Of a stretch of DNA of 64,000 nucleotides, positions 1-56,000 are shown in pieces. The notes below the pieces were generated by a model that was not told where the DNA came from, made no database searches, and saw only the letters and a list, made by a program, of their open reading frames with translations. Position 1 is the stretch's first letter, and the number at the start of each line of letters is the position of its first letter. Source of the stretch: Octopus vulgaris. Taxonomy: Eukaryota. The translations under genes and the position numbers were made by a program. The stretch is taken from contig OX597814.1 in assembly GCA_951406725.2 (NCBI GenBank), forward strand, positions 62,186,001 through 62,250,000, given 5' to 3'.

Positions 1-1008
1 CTACTTAGATGTTTTTAAAACTAAAACAAAAAAAAACTTTTTGTTTCATTGGGGAATTGTATGTGCTTGTTTGTTTTAAAGGCAATATATAGTTTGATGA
101 AGTGTTTCTATAGTCAAATGGAACAAAACTGAACAATAACAAAACTTAAACTTCAAGACTGAACAAAATAAATCTTGAAGTAATGAAATTGATTTCATTA
201 CTGAAAAAGAGGACTATAATTAGCAGAAAAAGAATTTTCAATAAAATATATATATTAACAGTTGAACATAGAAAAAAAAACCCATTAAAACACAAATTAA
301 AAACCCTTGTATTTTGTCCAACTTCTTTTTTCACTAGAAATTCAAATATTAAGTAGTGACAATAAAATAATAGTAGCTGCAATAATAGATAAGTTAATGA
401 ATAAAACAGATTAGTTAATTTTTAATTATTTCTAAAAAGTACAGGTTTTCAGTTATTGAACATATTTGACTTTGAAATTGTTTATAACTGAAGTTCTTAT
501 ACTCAATATTGTTCTCAAAAGAGAGAAAATAAATGAAAGGTAATTAAAAAGAAAAAACTCAAGTCTCAAACAAATATAACAGGAACATGAAACAAGCTTA
601 GGCAAGAAACACAAACAAAAAAAAAGGCCAAAAAGAGAAAGATTCTTTGATTCCCTAAGTACCAAAATACTGAAGATGAGATAATTATTATTCAATGTAA
701 ATGGTTTCATAAATGCTAAAATTAGAAAAATGCCTCTTACATGACCTCATTGTTATCTCACAACTGATTTAATTTTTACCCAATAAGCTTGCTAATTCAT
801 CTTTGCAGCTATACAAAAAGATATAGCCAGGAGACTGAGATACTTTAGCTTGTAAAGTATTTCTAAGTTTGAATAAAGTACATCTAATTCATGAACAGTA
901 AAAAAGTAAACAAGCCCAAATGTATTACTTCCTATAATACTCTTTCACAATCTCTAAGATATATTTCTCCTAATTGTAACTTATATGTAAATCCAATTAT
1001 TGACAAAT

Positions 1009-1225
1009 TTAACCCATTAGCGTTTAAACTGGCCATAGCTGACCCAAACATTGTACATGCTTTATGTTCAAACCAGCCTGATCTGGCCTCTCACACCTAC
1101 CTACAATGTCATTCTGAAAATAAACAATCACCTCATCGAAAACCTGAAGCCATCATATATTGTATGATTAATTCAGGACAATGGTAAATAAGCATTACAT
1201 TTGACAGAGAATGTTAAAGAATTAA
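1009..1225 (+). mobile_element. piggyBac-like MITE family A (TTAA target, CCCTTTAGCATT-like TIR), degraded copy
   Basis: ttaacccattagcgtttaaac...gaatgttaaagaattaa; internal sequence shared with copies at ~1430-1627, 33114-33325, 42394-42618 and 50339-50789. Confidence 0.7.
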
Positions 1226-3440
1226 GTGAAAACTAAATCAGATCAAAATGACAGCAAAAGAAAAACCTAGATTTTCAATTTTAGGGGCACTCTTTTCTAA
1301 AATACAAGATTATTAGCCTGGAAATCTCAACACACTCAATAATTTCTCTCAAAATATTTCTGTGACAACTCATATTCTTATATATTAGTATAGACTACAA
1401 TAATGGTTTTCTGTAGATCATAATACTAACTGTGGAGCCAAAATATTCTACTTGTTTTATGTTCAAACTGGCTAGATCTAGCCTCTTGCACCTACTCTAC
1501 AATGTCATTGTAAAACTAAACAAGTACACCATCAAAATCTTGAAGATACAAGATAATGCATGATTAATTCAAAATGTGAATAAAAACACATTACATTCAA
1601 GAGAGTAATTTAAATGCTAAAGAGTTAAAATACAACTAGATTAAAATAAAGACCATTAAAATAAAAATTTATATCACACACAGAAATAATATTAAAAAAG
1701 AAAAAGAAGTTAAGAAATCTCAGTTTTTGTGGAACTGCTTATCCAAATAACAATTTATAGCTACTTTCATCAATATAGTTTTGAATAAATTAAAAGAAAA
1801 TGTGAATGTAAAATCTAAAAATTTAAAACAGTTTGTCTTATGCCAACTTGTTAAATGCATTAAAGTTATTTTTACTTTCTTAATGTGTAAAGACATACTG
1901 CACCTAAACTCCTTGTGTTTTTCTTATGAAATAAAGAAAAGCCTTGATATTAACTTAAATTCTATCCAAACTCGGGGCAGAAATAACACAGTTCAATAAT
2001 ACAGTGAGATATAAAGTTCAAACTTACAGAGCATCATATTCCCCCATCCTCAGTTTATTTTGAAAATCATTTATACTATTGTATTACAATTCCATTTCAA
2101 ATCTAAGCTGCATTATCGGGATGTAAACAGACCAACACCAGTTGTCAAGCGGTGGTGGGAGACAAACACACACACAGCAAGATTCTTTCAGTTTCTATCT
2201 ACTAAATCCACCCACAAGGCTTTGGTCAGCCTGAGGCTATAGTAGAAGACAATGCAGTGGGAGCGAACCCGGAACCATATAGGTGGGAAGCAAACTTTTA
2301 ACACACAGCCATGCTTGCACTTATATTCAGTTTTCTGAAAAATGCTTGTTGGATTGAATCATATATTTTAACTTCAGAAGGACAAATTTTCACAACAGCA
2401 TGTCATAGTGAATTTCTTGTGATGATATTTCATTTGTGACTTAATTTTCAAAGATCTGACTTTTTAACATTATAATTAGTCAACCATGGCCTTATCCAAC
2501 CCTATTTGTTTCCTGTTAGCAGTATAGTACACCATCTTAGTAAACATTAAAAAAGATGAATTTCTCTCATAAATAGATGTGATCCTAATTTGCATGAAAT
2601 AATTGTTTCAAGTTCATGTCATTATCACATCAATATGTTTATAAAGTGAACTTGAAATATAGATACGTGCCTGCATGCACACACACATTTATTTGTTGAT
2701 TCATTTTACATCCATTTTGCCATGCTAGCATGGGTCATTCATTATATATTACTGAGACATTGTTTTACTGCTAGATGCCCTTCATGTTGCTGACACTGTA
2801 ACTAATTTTATCAAGTAAGGGATTTCTTATTTCACACATCTTTGAAGGTGTAAAGTGAACAGAAAATTTGTTGACAGAAAAAATGGCTACACTACTCATA
2901 GCAAATGGTTCTTGTAGAGTGCAGATATAAACAGACACATGGGCTTCTTTCAATTTTAGTCTAGGTGCACAGCAGTGGGACTGAACCTAAAACCATGTAA
3001 CTGAGAAGTGAACTTCCTAACCACACAGCTATACATATATAAAAGTTAATATTCTCCCTTTGTCATAAAATATTATCTAGTTATACTGCTGAATATATTT
3101 GAGAAGGCATAACAATAATTATAGTGGAACAGTAGAATCCAGGAAAGGTGGTAATAGTCTGCATTATCAAGTAGTAATGCCAAAGTTCATGAAGTGGATG
3201 ATGATATTTTGCTATCAATGAAGATGAGAATTCAAGAGCTTTGTACAGAAATTTCCAAAGAGAGGTTAAATGTTTACTAGTGAACCATGATAAAAATCAG
3301 TGAGGTAAAGGGAAGGGAATGCAGCAAAATGAAATTTTACAAACACATGAAATGTATTTGAATATGATAAAAAATTTTTTTTAAAAGGAGTAAATAATAT
3401 AAAAACCTTTAAAAATTAATAGAATTTGTCAAATACTTAC

Positions 3441-46024
<42,584 letters not shown>

Positions 46025-46263
46025 CTGCAAAAATAAAGAAGATATTAGTTGAGACACATTCATTATATAATACATGTATACATTGTATATTTATATTATT
46101 ATTTGTTTTTATGTTGAGTTATAAAAATTTTTTTACATTAAACTGAAGAACACAATACTTTTTGTAGAATATATACTTATTATACTTTTACAAGAAAATT
46201 GGTGACAGTGACTTCAAAGGTTCGGACTGCTAACCTTAGAGTCACCACTCTTCTTATAAAAGC

Positions 46264-46306
<43 letters not shown>

Positions 46307-48300
46307 ATGCACATGTGTGTGTGTGTGTAATTTTTTGGATCAATGAGTATATGTCAATTAGTGTGTTGGGTAAAGCACATTCACAGTTTGGGCTACTTGG
46401 TATCATCCACAGTTGGGATATGGTTTCCCCTGGATCTACATCAGGAATTCCAGTGTTAGTTGAGATAATAACAACTGATGAAGGAAATGGAAGATAGATT
46501 TAGCACTAGTATTTATTCAGTACAACAATCGTTTCAACTCATCCTGCAACTGTCCATTATGGGTAGGATATTGTGCACCTAATTGTGTTGCATCAATCTG
46601 TGCAGTTTGTGTCATATCAGGTTCATGCATAAAGAAGGGGATGTAGCTCTAGATATACTGGGTTCTCCTAGGCATGAACAACTTGCCTAGGAGAACCCAT
46701 TAATTAGTGTACCCTAAAGGTTAAAGTTTAGATATTGTTTCTAAATACTAATATCAAACCAACAAGGAAAGCGCTATGCAATCACTCAATCTGCTAGAAA
46801 TAGCAGCTGAATCTTCCACAAATCACAACCTTGTCTTTATTTTTAAAAACAAACCATTGGATAACATAATCCTAGATACATTGTGTCTCAAAACAGATGG
46901 GACAGTTAAAGCTAAAGTGCCTTTAATCATAGGTCTGCATAACCAGGACTGATCTGGAACTAAACAACAGTAGCTCATTAATGGTATTATTTAGGAAGTT
47001 CTAAAATGAAGGAAAAATTTGATGCCTTAATTGATTCACATTATTCCTTTGCAAAAAAGCATGGCAAATAAACCAATGATTATTGTAATTATTGAATTGA
47101 GCTTACTGTAATTATTGTAACTCATTTTAGTTTAAATTATCATTGTATGCAAACAAAACAAAATTAGATAACTTTTATATATTATTACAATCAATGAACA
47201 ATGTCACAAGTTGGTAGATACAGTAGAGTATGGACTAAATAACTTGTTGCATTTACTTAGTTCCTCTGAATTCTAAGTATTTTTTCTTTTTTTTTTATGG
47301 CAGTTAGAGTAATACACTGATACTATTCAATCAAATTACATGATACCCTTTCAAGAATTAGCCTTGTAATAGTTAAAAGAAATCAACAAATATCTATGCA
47401 GAAGGCATTTACATAGCTGCTGCAGATATATGCACCATCATCTGGTGTCCTCTGCCTATAACAACATTTTCCCCAAATAATACCCACCTAAATATTGACC
47501 AACCTCATTATTACTTAACATTTACCTGTATGATATTTCAAATGTTAAAAAAAACGTCAGGTATTGCATTGAAGAAAGTATTAGTAACTGCTACCCTATA
47601 CACCCCAGAAAGTTAAAAAGAAAACTGGACCTCAGACAACTAACTACCACAAACTATTTTCTCAGCGGCTCTCACAATTCTGCTAGCCACCACTCTACCT
47701 AGTAAAGAGAACAAAAATGGAAAACATTTGGGACAGTGCTGCTGCCCGGTAGAGCCAGGATGGTGCTATTGCCACTCATGCATAGACAGCTTAGATCACA
47801 ACTTGAGAAAAGCCACTTGTTAGTTTGGCCTAAAATCACACACAGACATCCTCCAGCATCTGGCCCATAAGTGTGCTGTCTCCTCCCTATGTTTTTCCAT
47901 CACTATTATAATGGTCCTGGATCCTAGGAGTTGGCTGACATTGTGCTTCCTTCACTCATGCACTTTTGGTTCACTCTTTTCTCATCAAGTCTTGTGCCTC
48001 ATCCCCATCCCACCACTGGTCCCACACCAACCACTGTGCCGAGTCTTTTCTCCTCGGTACCTAAGCCCTCTGGATTCTCCTCTCTACTCATATCTTTCCT
48101 ACAGGTGTAACATTAACAACATTATTCTCGCCCATTTTGGAGAACCTAAGACCATTGCTCCTTCCTCAGATCCACATGTAAAAAAAAAAACTAAATATTC
48201 TTGAAATCGCAATAACATCTTAAACTCAATAACACCTTCAACTGAATAATCTAAAAATGAAAATGTTTACCTAAAAACTAAAATATTTTCATATCAATGG

Positions 48301-48434
48301 GCTGTAATAGTCAGTCAGTATAGAACAGTATACATGTTACACAAACACCTTTCTCTTTTTCTATAAATCTAATGGCTTGAGCCAGGGTACTTGTCATGAT
48401 ACTTATGAATCATAAATTTCTAATTTAACAAAAA
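48301..48434 (+). repeat. Exact 134-bp copy of 39678-39811
   Basis: Identical sequence at both sites. Confidence 0.93.
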
Positions 48435-49869
48435 AAATATTATACAAAATGTTGAAAACTATAGAAATGATAACAGGGAATATAAGTACCAAATGACTCA
48501 TTCCAATCAACTTTTGCTGACAAACATGGAGATAAGTCAAGTTGTTATGGCGGTTTGTTTTTAATTTCTCTCTCATTTTAAACAATATTTTAAATTTCTA
48601 TCATTAAATTAACTTTTCTCCCTACTAAACTATGAATACATTTTTACCCATGCTTATTATTCAACAAAGTTTTGTTTTAAATACCAGCTACACCTGTCTC
48701 TTGGAGGAATAAATTACTCAGTCGCTTGTGTTTATGCCATGTCAGTAGCTAGTTTCTTTTCATTCAACCAGTTTTTCTCTCACTTAATAACTTATTCTAT
48801 TCCCTTTCCCTTTTCTCTTTTATACACCATCTACCTCTTCCTTTCCCCTTTCCTTCTCTCTTTGATTCCACTCTATTCATTTCTTATTCATCAACTCCTC
48901 ATATTACATTGAAGAAAACCTGTGTACAAAATTAGACACTTCAAATGTCTGATTTTACCTTCTCTTGTTTAACATTCAGCAATCTCACATTCTTCTTTCT
49001 CACAATATAATGGTAGGTAGAGATGTTCCAAAATGAGCTAAATACATTTGTAAATCTCTCAAGGAAATAAATACATATGTAGGGGGGAAAATTTACTTTA
49101 AATTTAAATGCATGCAAACTTGCATATACATAAAATTGTGTAATCATTCTGAATGAAACATGTTTGACCATATCTATACTGTATAGACTTTAGAGTTCTC
49201 TCTCTCTCTCTCTCTCTCTCTCCCATCATTTATCATCAGTACCAGGGGGTTGTCTTATTCCCAGCAAATAGAAAGGGGAGCAAATAAAAGAGAACTAAAC
49301 CAAAAGAGTAGTAAAAAAAAGAGTAATGAAAGAGTAAAGATTAATGAGAGAGAGTTTACATGATGATTTGGTTATGAGATTGAATAGAAACATAATAAAG
49401 AACAATGTGAATGAAAACAGAGAAATAAGGGCTATGGATAACATGAGTACTCTGTACCTCTGTACACAATTTGTAAAATGCTCACAAGCCATTCTTCTAT
49501 GCCTAGTTTTGTTAATAACCAATTGACTGTAGGCATGGACCCCTGGCAAAGGCCTTCTCCAGACCAATAGAAGTAGTTAGTTCTTAATCATGAACTTCTG
49601 TGTTGAATCAATAGGAAAGGGTTACAGGTTCTACTTAACGAGTGATAAAAAATTTTTTAAATGGTGGTAAGGTAGGGACTGAATACATATCTGTGCAATA
49701 CTATCCCTCATTATACAGGTGGTATGATAGAAAAGAGATAAAATAATAAAGCAATAGAACATTGATAGGAGAGGGGTTGTGTCATAGATAAAATAAGTAA
49801 AAAGAAAGGGAGAGCAACAGAGACTTACTGTATGCATGACAGCAGTGAGACTCAAATATAGATATTATA

Positions 49870-51100
49870 CATCTTGTCCAACACCCCTACTAACAGCATT
49901 TTTGCATACATTTTTCCATGTTTGTATGTAAATGTCTTACAGAGCTCTCGCAAGTTATTCATCTTCCCCCAGTTTTCTAAATAACAACCAAACTGTAGGA
50001 CATGAAATTGTCTAAATATAGGTAGAGTGGCTTGCACTTAAGTATTTTTGTATAATCTCACTTGGAGGAGGTCACTGATAGTGACCCTCATCCTAGCATA
50101 ATCCTGAACAGCACCTTGTCAATACTAATTCTCTTCCTAAGTAGTTGTGCCATAACTTATCCAGTAACTTTCATAATCTCATCTGTCAACTTGTTGCGTC
50201 TGTAGTTGCCCCACTTTAGAATATTTCCTTTGCTCATGTAGCAAAAGATAATATTGCTTTGTTTTGCAGGGTATGACACCTTTCTATATTGCCTAACTTA
50301 TGCCAGTGACTAATCCATGACCTACTTAGCCAGATATTTTAACCATTTAGTATTTATATTATTCTATCAAATGTAATGCTTATTTAATCACATTGTTTTC
50401 AATTAATCATGCATTATCTTGTAGCTTTGAGATTTTGATGATGCCATCAACATCATCGTTAAATGTCCGTTTTCCATGCTGGCATGGGTTGGATGGTTTA
50501 ACTGATGTCTGGAGAGCCAGTGGCTACACCAGGCTCCAATCTGATCTGGCAATGTTTCTACAGCTGGATGCCCTTCCTAACGCCATCCACTCTGAGAGTG
50601 TATTGGGTGCTTTGTATGTGCCACCAGCACAGAAGCCATTCAGGTGGGCCTAGCATTGATCACATTGTGATTGTTTTTTTTATAATGACATTCTAAGATA
50701 GGTATCAGAGGCTGGATCTGGTTGTTTTGAACATAAAGCAAGTAGAATATTTGGACTGGATATGGCTAGTTTAAATGCTAAAGGGTTAAGCATCTCAGCA
50801 ATTACCCCTGATGATTCAAATGTCTTCCTTGATTTCATATCCTTAGCTGCACTTTCATCTATATGGTTGCCAATTTCAATGGCTGGTCTTATTTACTCTA
50901 TTTGAGGTAGAACTTTACTTATTTATACATTCCATTATTTAACAACCTATTGTAATAACATTTCTATGCCTCCTCCTTTTTAGCAGCAGTGAGATCAAGT
51001 GCACCATTATCATTCTATACATACTTCTAAAAGATGCCTCAATTTCCTTGCAAATCCTAACACCACAGGCTTTCGTATGCAGAAAATTTTAAGATTTAGC
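49870..51100 (-). mobile_element. Old RTE RT remnant containing a MITE (50339-50789), which itself contains an RTE 3' tail (~50441-50660)
   Basis: Minus strand near 50100-50260 resembles KGKGDALDTNNYRGIKLLDQVMKVTERVIAQLIRER of the young RTE; MITE ends carry TTAA. Confidence 0.6.
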
Positions 51101-52482
51101 AATGTCATTTTTTTTTTATTCTAAATATTTGCAATTGTAACCTATATTTGAGATACAATATATCCAATGTAAACAATGGGTGCAGAAAAGATGTAGTGGA
51201 ATCTTAAGCTAACTAACAGAAAAGAACTTTCATATGTTACAGATGCAAAGCAGTAGTTTGCAGTAAGAGCATCTACAAAATAAAATCTTTCATCTGTGCA
51301 ATATGCTTGCTAGTAGTTGACAGTCTGTTAGAGGTGGTATAATCAGTGGTGGAAGTAGGTGTTGTAAAAGGATTCTAGCTAGAATTAAGACAGGGTGGTA
51401 AAGGGGCCCAAGTAATTATTACCAATGTTAGCCATAATGAGTTTCTCTCTCCAAGTCGAGAGCAGGTTGTATAATGCTTGCATATAAAGTACAATATTGC
51501 ACAGTAGCAAGACATGGGTAACGAATGAGGATGAAGGTTGAAAAAAAAAAGAGAATGAAGTGAACCTGTTCAACTGGGTTTTAATGTCAACATGTATGAG
51601 CTACAGGGTGCAAATGAACTGAGAAAAAAAAATGAGCATTACAGCATTCAAGTATAGTGTGTAAGAAAGAAAACTGCGCAGATAGACAGGTATGAAGAAT
51701 GTAGAAATGTCAACAAATCTAAGTAGAAGGAGCCTGCAGCAGAGGAAGATGCAGTGAAGTCTGATTTTTGAAAGCAAGATCTCATGACTGAGATAGCAAG
51801 AAATCATGACTGATGAGATGCTCAGACAACTGTAAAAACCCATGTAATTTTAGAAGTATGTATGGAATGATTTTCAGGATAAAATTTGTTAAAAAAAAGC
51901 TTCTACTCATGTAAAATTCACACCCAAAACTTTTCAGAATTGCCAATACAGCCAGGGGAAAAAGGTTTTCAATTTAGTTGTATTTAGCATAATTTCATTT
52001 ACTTACGATTAGATTTCATTAAATTTTCATTAAATAAAAATAATTTCTGTTTAATAGGTATCATATTGAAAGCTATTAAATTACAAAGTGTTTGTGTTGT
52101 TTATAACAAACTTTATTTTACATTTCTTGCTCACAAGAGATTATGTCCGATCTTTAGCATACTGCTGTGCCTTCTCAAATCACAATCACAGGAAAAGTTG
52201 TTGATAATAATTACCAACAAAAACAAAGCTGATAAATACATACAGGTGTTGCAAATTAAGTTTAATTAACAATAATCATCAGCTTGGATGACACTTTACT
52301 CAACCAACAGAGGAAGATGACCAATGAAACTGATTATGTAAAGAGAATTCTTTTCTGCCTATTGTTGTTCGAACCTTTGATATGGAGTATCGAAATTATA
52401 ATCCCTTTCACACTTATAAAATGTCAAGTAAACTTTAAAATTTGTCATTACCAGTATTGTCAGTATGGGCAGAACTTATGAA

Positions 52483-52600
52483 TCATTTACTGCGAAAGAG
52501 AAAGTAAATATGTTGAATATGCATTTGAACATGGCAATAGAGCTGCTGGAAGGCATTTTAATGTTAATGAAGCCAATGTTCGAAATTGGTGTAAACAGTA
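52483..52600 (+). mobile_element. pogo-like transposase N-terminal (Brinker-type HTH) remnant
   Basis: SFTAKEKV/YVEYAFEHGNRAAGRHFNVNEANVRNWCKQ (one frameshift) resembles pogo/POGK DNA-binding domains. Confidence 0.6.
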
Positions 52601-53062
52601 CATCAAACTTAAAACTGTGCCTAGTAATAAACAGACAAAAATAGAAACATACAATTAAGATTATCCATATCATTACATTTTTTTCAGTCAGGAATATCCA
52701 TATCACTATGTATGCCAATGGTGCTCCATTGTGATAGGTAGAAACTCCAATCAATGTAAAATATGGCCCGAACCGTGTTTACCAGCATGAACACCAGACT
52801 TCAAAAAGTAGTTAACCATTTAATGGTTTTAGTAAATTCATACAGAAAAAATAAGCATTATACAGTCCAGCATAAATAAAAGTCAACTTCATTATATTTA
52901 AGCCATTATTTTTTTCTGTAAACACCTATTCTGACATTAAATTAGTCAACTTCCAGTATGAATGTTTATGTTTTGGTCTTTAAAAGGTACATCACCATCA
53001 CGGGGCCAGGCGATAAAAGGCAGATTTCCTCTGCCTGTTCCCATGTTTCTTTTTAATACAAT

Positions 53063-56000
53063 TCTACAATATAAAATTTCTTCAATTGGAATTTACCTAT
53101 GATTTTTCCAAGTAGATTCGATTGGGTCATGGCATGTAAAGTTTTTTCAATTTCACCCCCAATTAAGCAAAAATTCAAGAAAACTCAATATTTTACGATT
53201 TCCCTCTCTCATTTCAAGTGGTTTACTCCTGCTATTACCACCACACTTTCTCCTACTTTCTCTTTGCAAGTGTGAAACTATTAAAGTGAAAGTATTATAT
53301 AACAGGATCAGCCATTAATACTGGTCATCTTTTTGCTAGAGGAAGATCCGCTATGGTCTTATATGCTACACCACTGGTTTTCAATTCATATTAATCAAAT
53401 TAATATTCAATTTTTCACCCTGATTATGTGTGTGTGTGTATTAGCAATTCGTATAAAATTGCATGAATGACTTGAACTTGAATAAGTGGTTTCACATAAA
53501 TGGGGATAAATTAAAAAGGTTTGTTGTTATTATTATTACTGTTTGACTATTGTAATCACGTTTGTTGGTTCCTCGTCAGAGAAACGTTGTTGTGTTGCAT
53601 TTGTTAAATAATTGTAAACCATAACCCTCCCCCTTTCGGAGAAGGGCCTTTGGTTACTGTTTAAAAATTGAATTGTGTCCCTGTTTGGGGAAATTGACAA
53701 TATTTTCACCATCTTTACGGAAGCATTTTTGTTAAAATGCCTTCGATAGAAGAAAGTCCAAAAATGAATTTCGCTGCAGCCGTACACTTCTATACAAGAG
53801 GGAGGACAAGATCCAAATGATCGAAATTGCAAGAGACGGGCCTACAATTCCAGTCTGTTATATATTGTGAGTATTGTTATCACTAGCGATATCAAGATAT
53901 AACTTTGTATTTTGTATTTTATGTGTAGATGTATATATATAGATGTACATGTAATATGTACACATATATATATATACACATATATACATGCATAATATAT
54001 CTACCCATACACACACACACACACATACATAGGGCAGGTGTGGCTGTGTGGTAACATACTACGTTCGAAGATACTGTACTTGATATGAGCGGTAGTGCCT
54101 TGCCGGTCTATGGCCTACCTTCAACAAACCGGGAAGGCACAAACACTCTGTCTTCACATTTGCTGCGTGAGACATGTTTTAATGTTGACGAGCTTGCTGA
54201 GTACATAGCCGACAATGAGCTCCTTCCAGAACAGAAGTTCACTTACAACTCTGTTGTTAATTCAGTCTGGGCCAAAGCTGGGGGGATTTTTTTCCTGGAC
54301 GCTCCTGGGGGCACTGGGAAAACTTTTGTCAACAAATTAATATTGGCTGAGATTAGGAGAACACAAGGCATTGCCCTAGCTGTGGCATCATCTGGAATTG
54401 CGGCTACTTTGTTGCCAGGCGGTAGGACAGCTCACTCCACTTTCAAGCTCCCGCTTCACTTAGCGAAGACTGAGACACCAACTTGCAACATCAGTAACAG
54501 CTCCGGTCAGGCAGAAGTCTTCAGACGATGCAAGCTTATCATTTGGGATGAATGCACGATGGCCCACAGAGGTGCTCTTGAGGCACTAGATAGATCTCTC
54601 AGAGACATCAAACACTCATGGGAGGCATAACACTTCTTCTTTCAGGGGACTTCTAGCAAACACTTCCCGTTATTCCCAAAGGGACTACAGCTGATGCAGT
54701 AAGTGCGTGTCTTAAGTCATCCACATTGTGGCCACTGGTGAAGACTCTCAAACTTCACACCAATATGCGTGCTCATATGCGACGTGATATCACATCAGCA
54801 GCATTTTCTCACACCCTCCTTGCACTTGGCGAAGGCAAAATACCAGGGGATGAAAATGGTAATATTGCTATCGATTCCATTTGTACCATTGTTAAAACAC
54901 CTTCTGATCTCAGAGATGCAGTGTTCCCAGATCTACAAGCTAATTATCAGAATATGGATTGGATTGGCCAAAGGGCTATTCTGGCCCTGAGGAATAAAAC
55001 TGTTCACCATATTAATGATGAAATGCTAAAACTCATTCCTGGGGATGTCTATGTATATAAGTCTATCGATACAACTCCTGACCCAGAGGACGTCATCAAC
55101 TATCCAATAGAGGTACTCAATTCCTTTGAGCCCCCTGGACTACCACCACACATTCTCAAACTTAAAGGTGGTGCCCCTATAATGCTCATTAGAAATTTGG
55201 TTCCCCCAAAACAATGCAATGGCACACGTTTGATCGTTAAGTCCTTATCTCCCAATCTGGGTGCAGTCGAGGCAACGTTGTGCTCATACCTAGGGTGCAT
55301 CTTTTCCCATCAGGAGCAGACCTACCTTTCATATTTCGGAGGTCCCAGTTCCCAGTAAGGCCATGTTTCACAATGTCAATTAACAAAGCGCAGGGTCAAA
55401 CACTGTCTGTAACGGGAATACATTTGGGAGAGCCATGTTTCTCTCATGGTCAGTTTTATGTTGCCTGCTCACGTGTCGGCAGCAACAGTGATGCTTTCGC
55501 ATTCGTTCCACAACGAAAAACTAAAAACATTGTGTACAAGGAGGTTTTATAGGATTACTACGTTTCATCATTTTCGAACACATTAGTATTTCACTTACAT
55601 ACGACTCTCTTTTATGATGGCATTTACATTTTTAGGCGTTTCATGACATTAATTCACAATTAACCAACACCTGTCCTTCGCTCACCTCTATTTCTATCCA
55701 TTCATCATCAAACCACCAGCCTCATCTTCTATATCCAACGTACATGACACATCTACACTCTCACTGTTAAAGTTTACATAAGCGACAACACGATCGCAAC
55801 ATTCACTTTGGAAACTAAGCAACAGATCATTTTATACAACAACAAATTTTATCATAACGCCCATCAATGAAAACATCTCCACCACTGTGTTGCGATTCAT
55901 CTATTCAGCACCACTACAGTCTTGCCGGTCTGACATATGGTGAGTAGATGCTATTCTATATTTTATAAATTACCCATATTTACTTACCCATGCTTCATTC

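Noticed and set aside
741-808. Minus-strand segment with a good acceptor (tctttttgtatag) and possible donors (gtaaaa after 780, gtaaga after 741), considered as a further Miro exon
   Set aside because: In the required phase it reaches TAA after CKDELASLLGKN, the shorter version shifts the frame, and there is no TM segment. It cannot be supported without RNA data, although a poison or TM-less terminal exon is not excluded.
51200-51850. Purine-rich stretches here and at ~7330-7870, 32360-32900 and 62050-62470 that look like decayed retroelement coding sequence
   Set aside because: No diagnostic motif could be read with confidence, so they were left unannotated pending a profile search.
54085-55552. 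Host PIF1 helicase gene
   Set aside because: Intronless, frameshifted, has an in-frame stop, and is followed by a Helitron hairpin-CTAG terminus.
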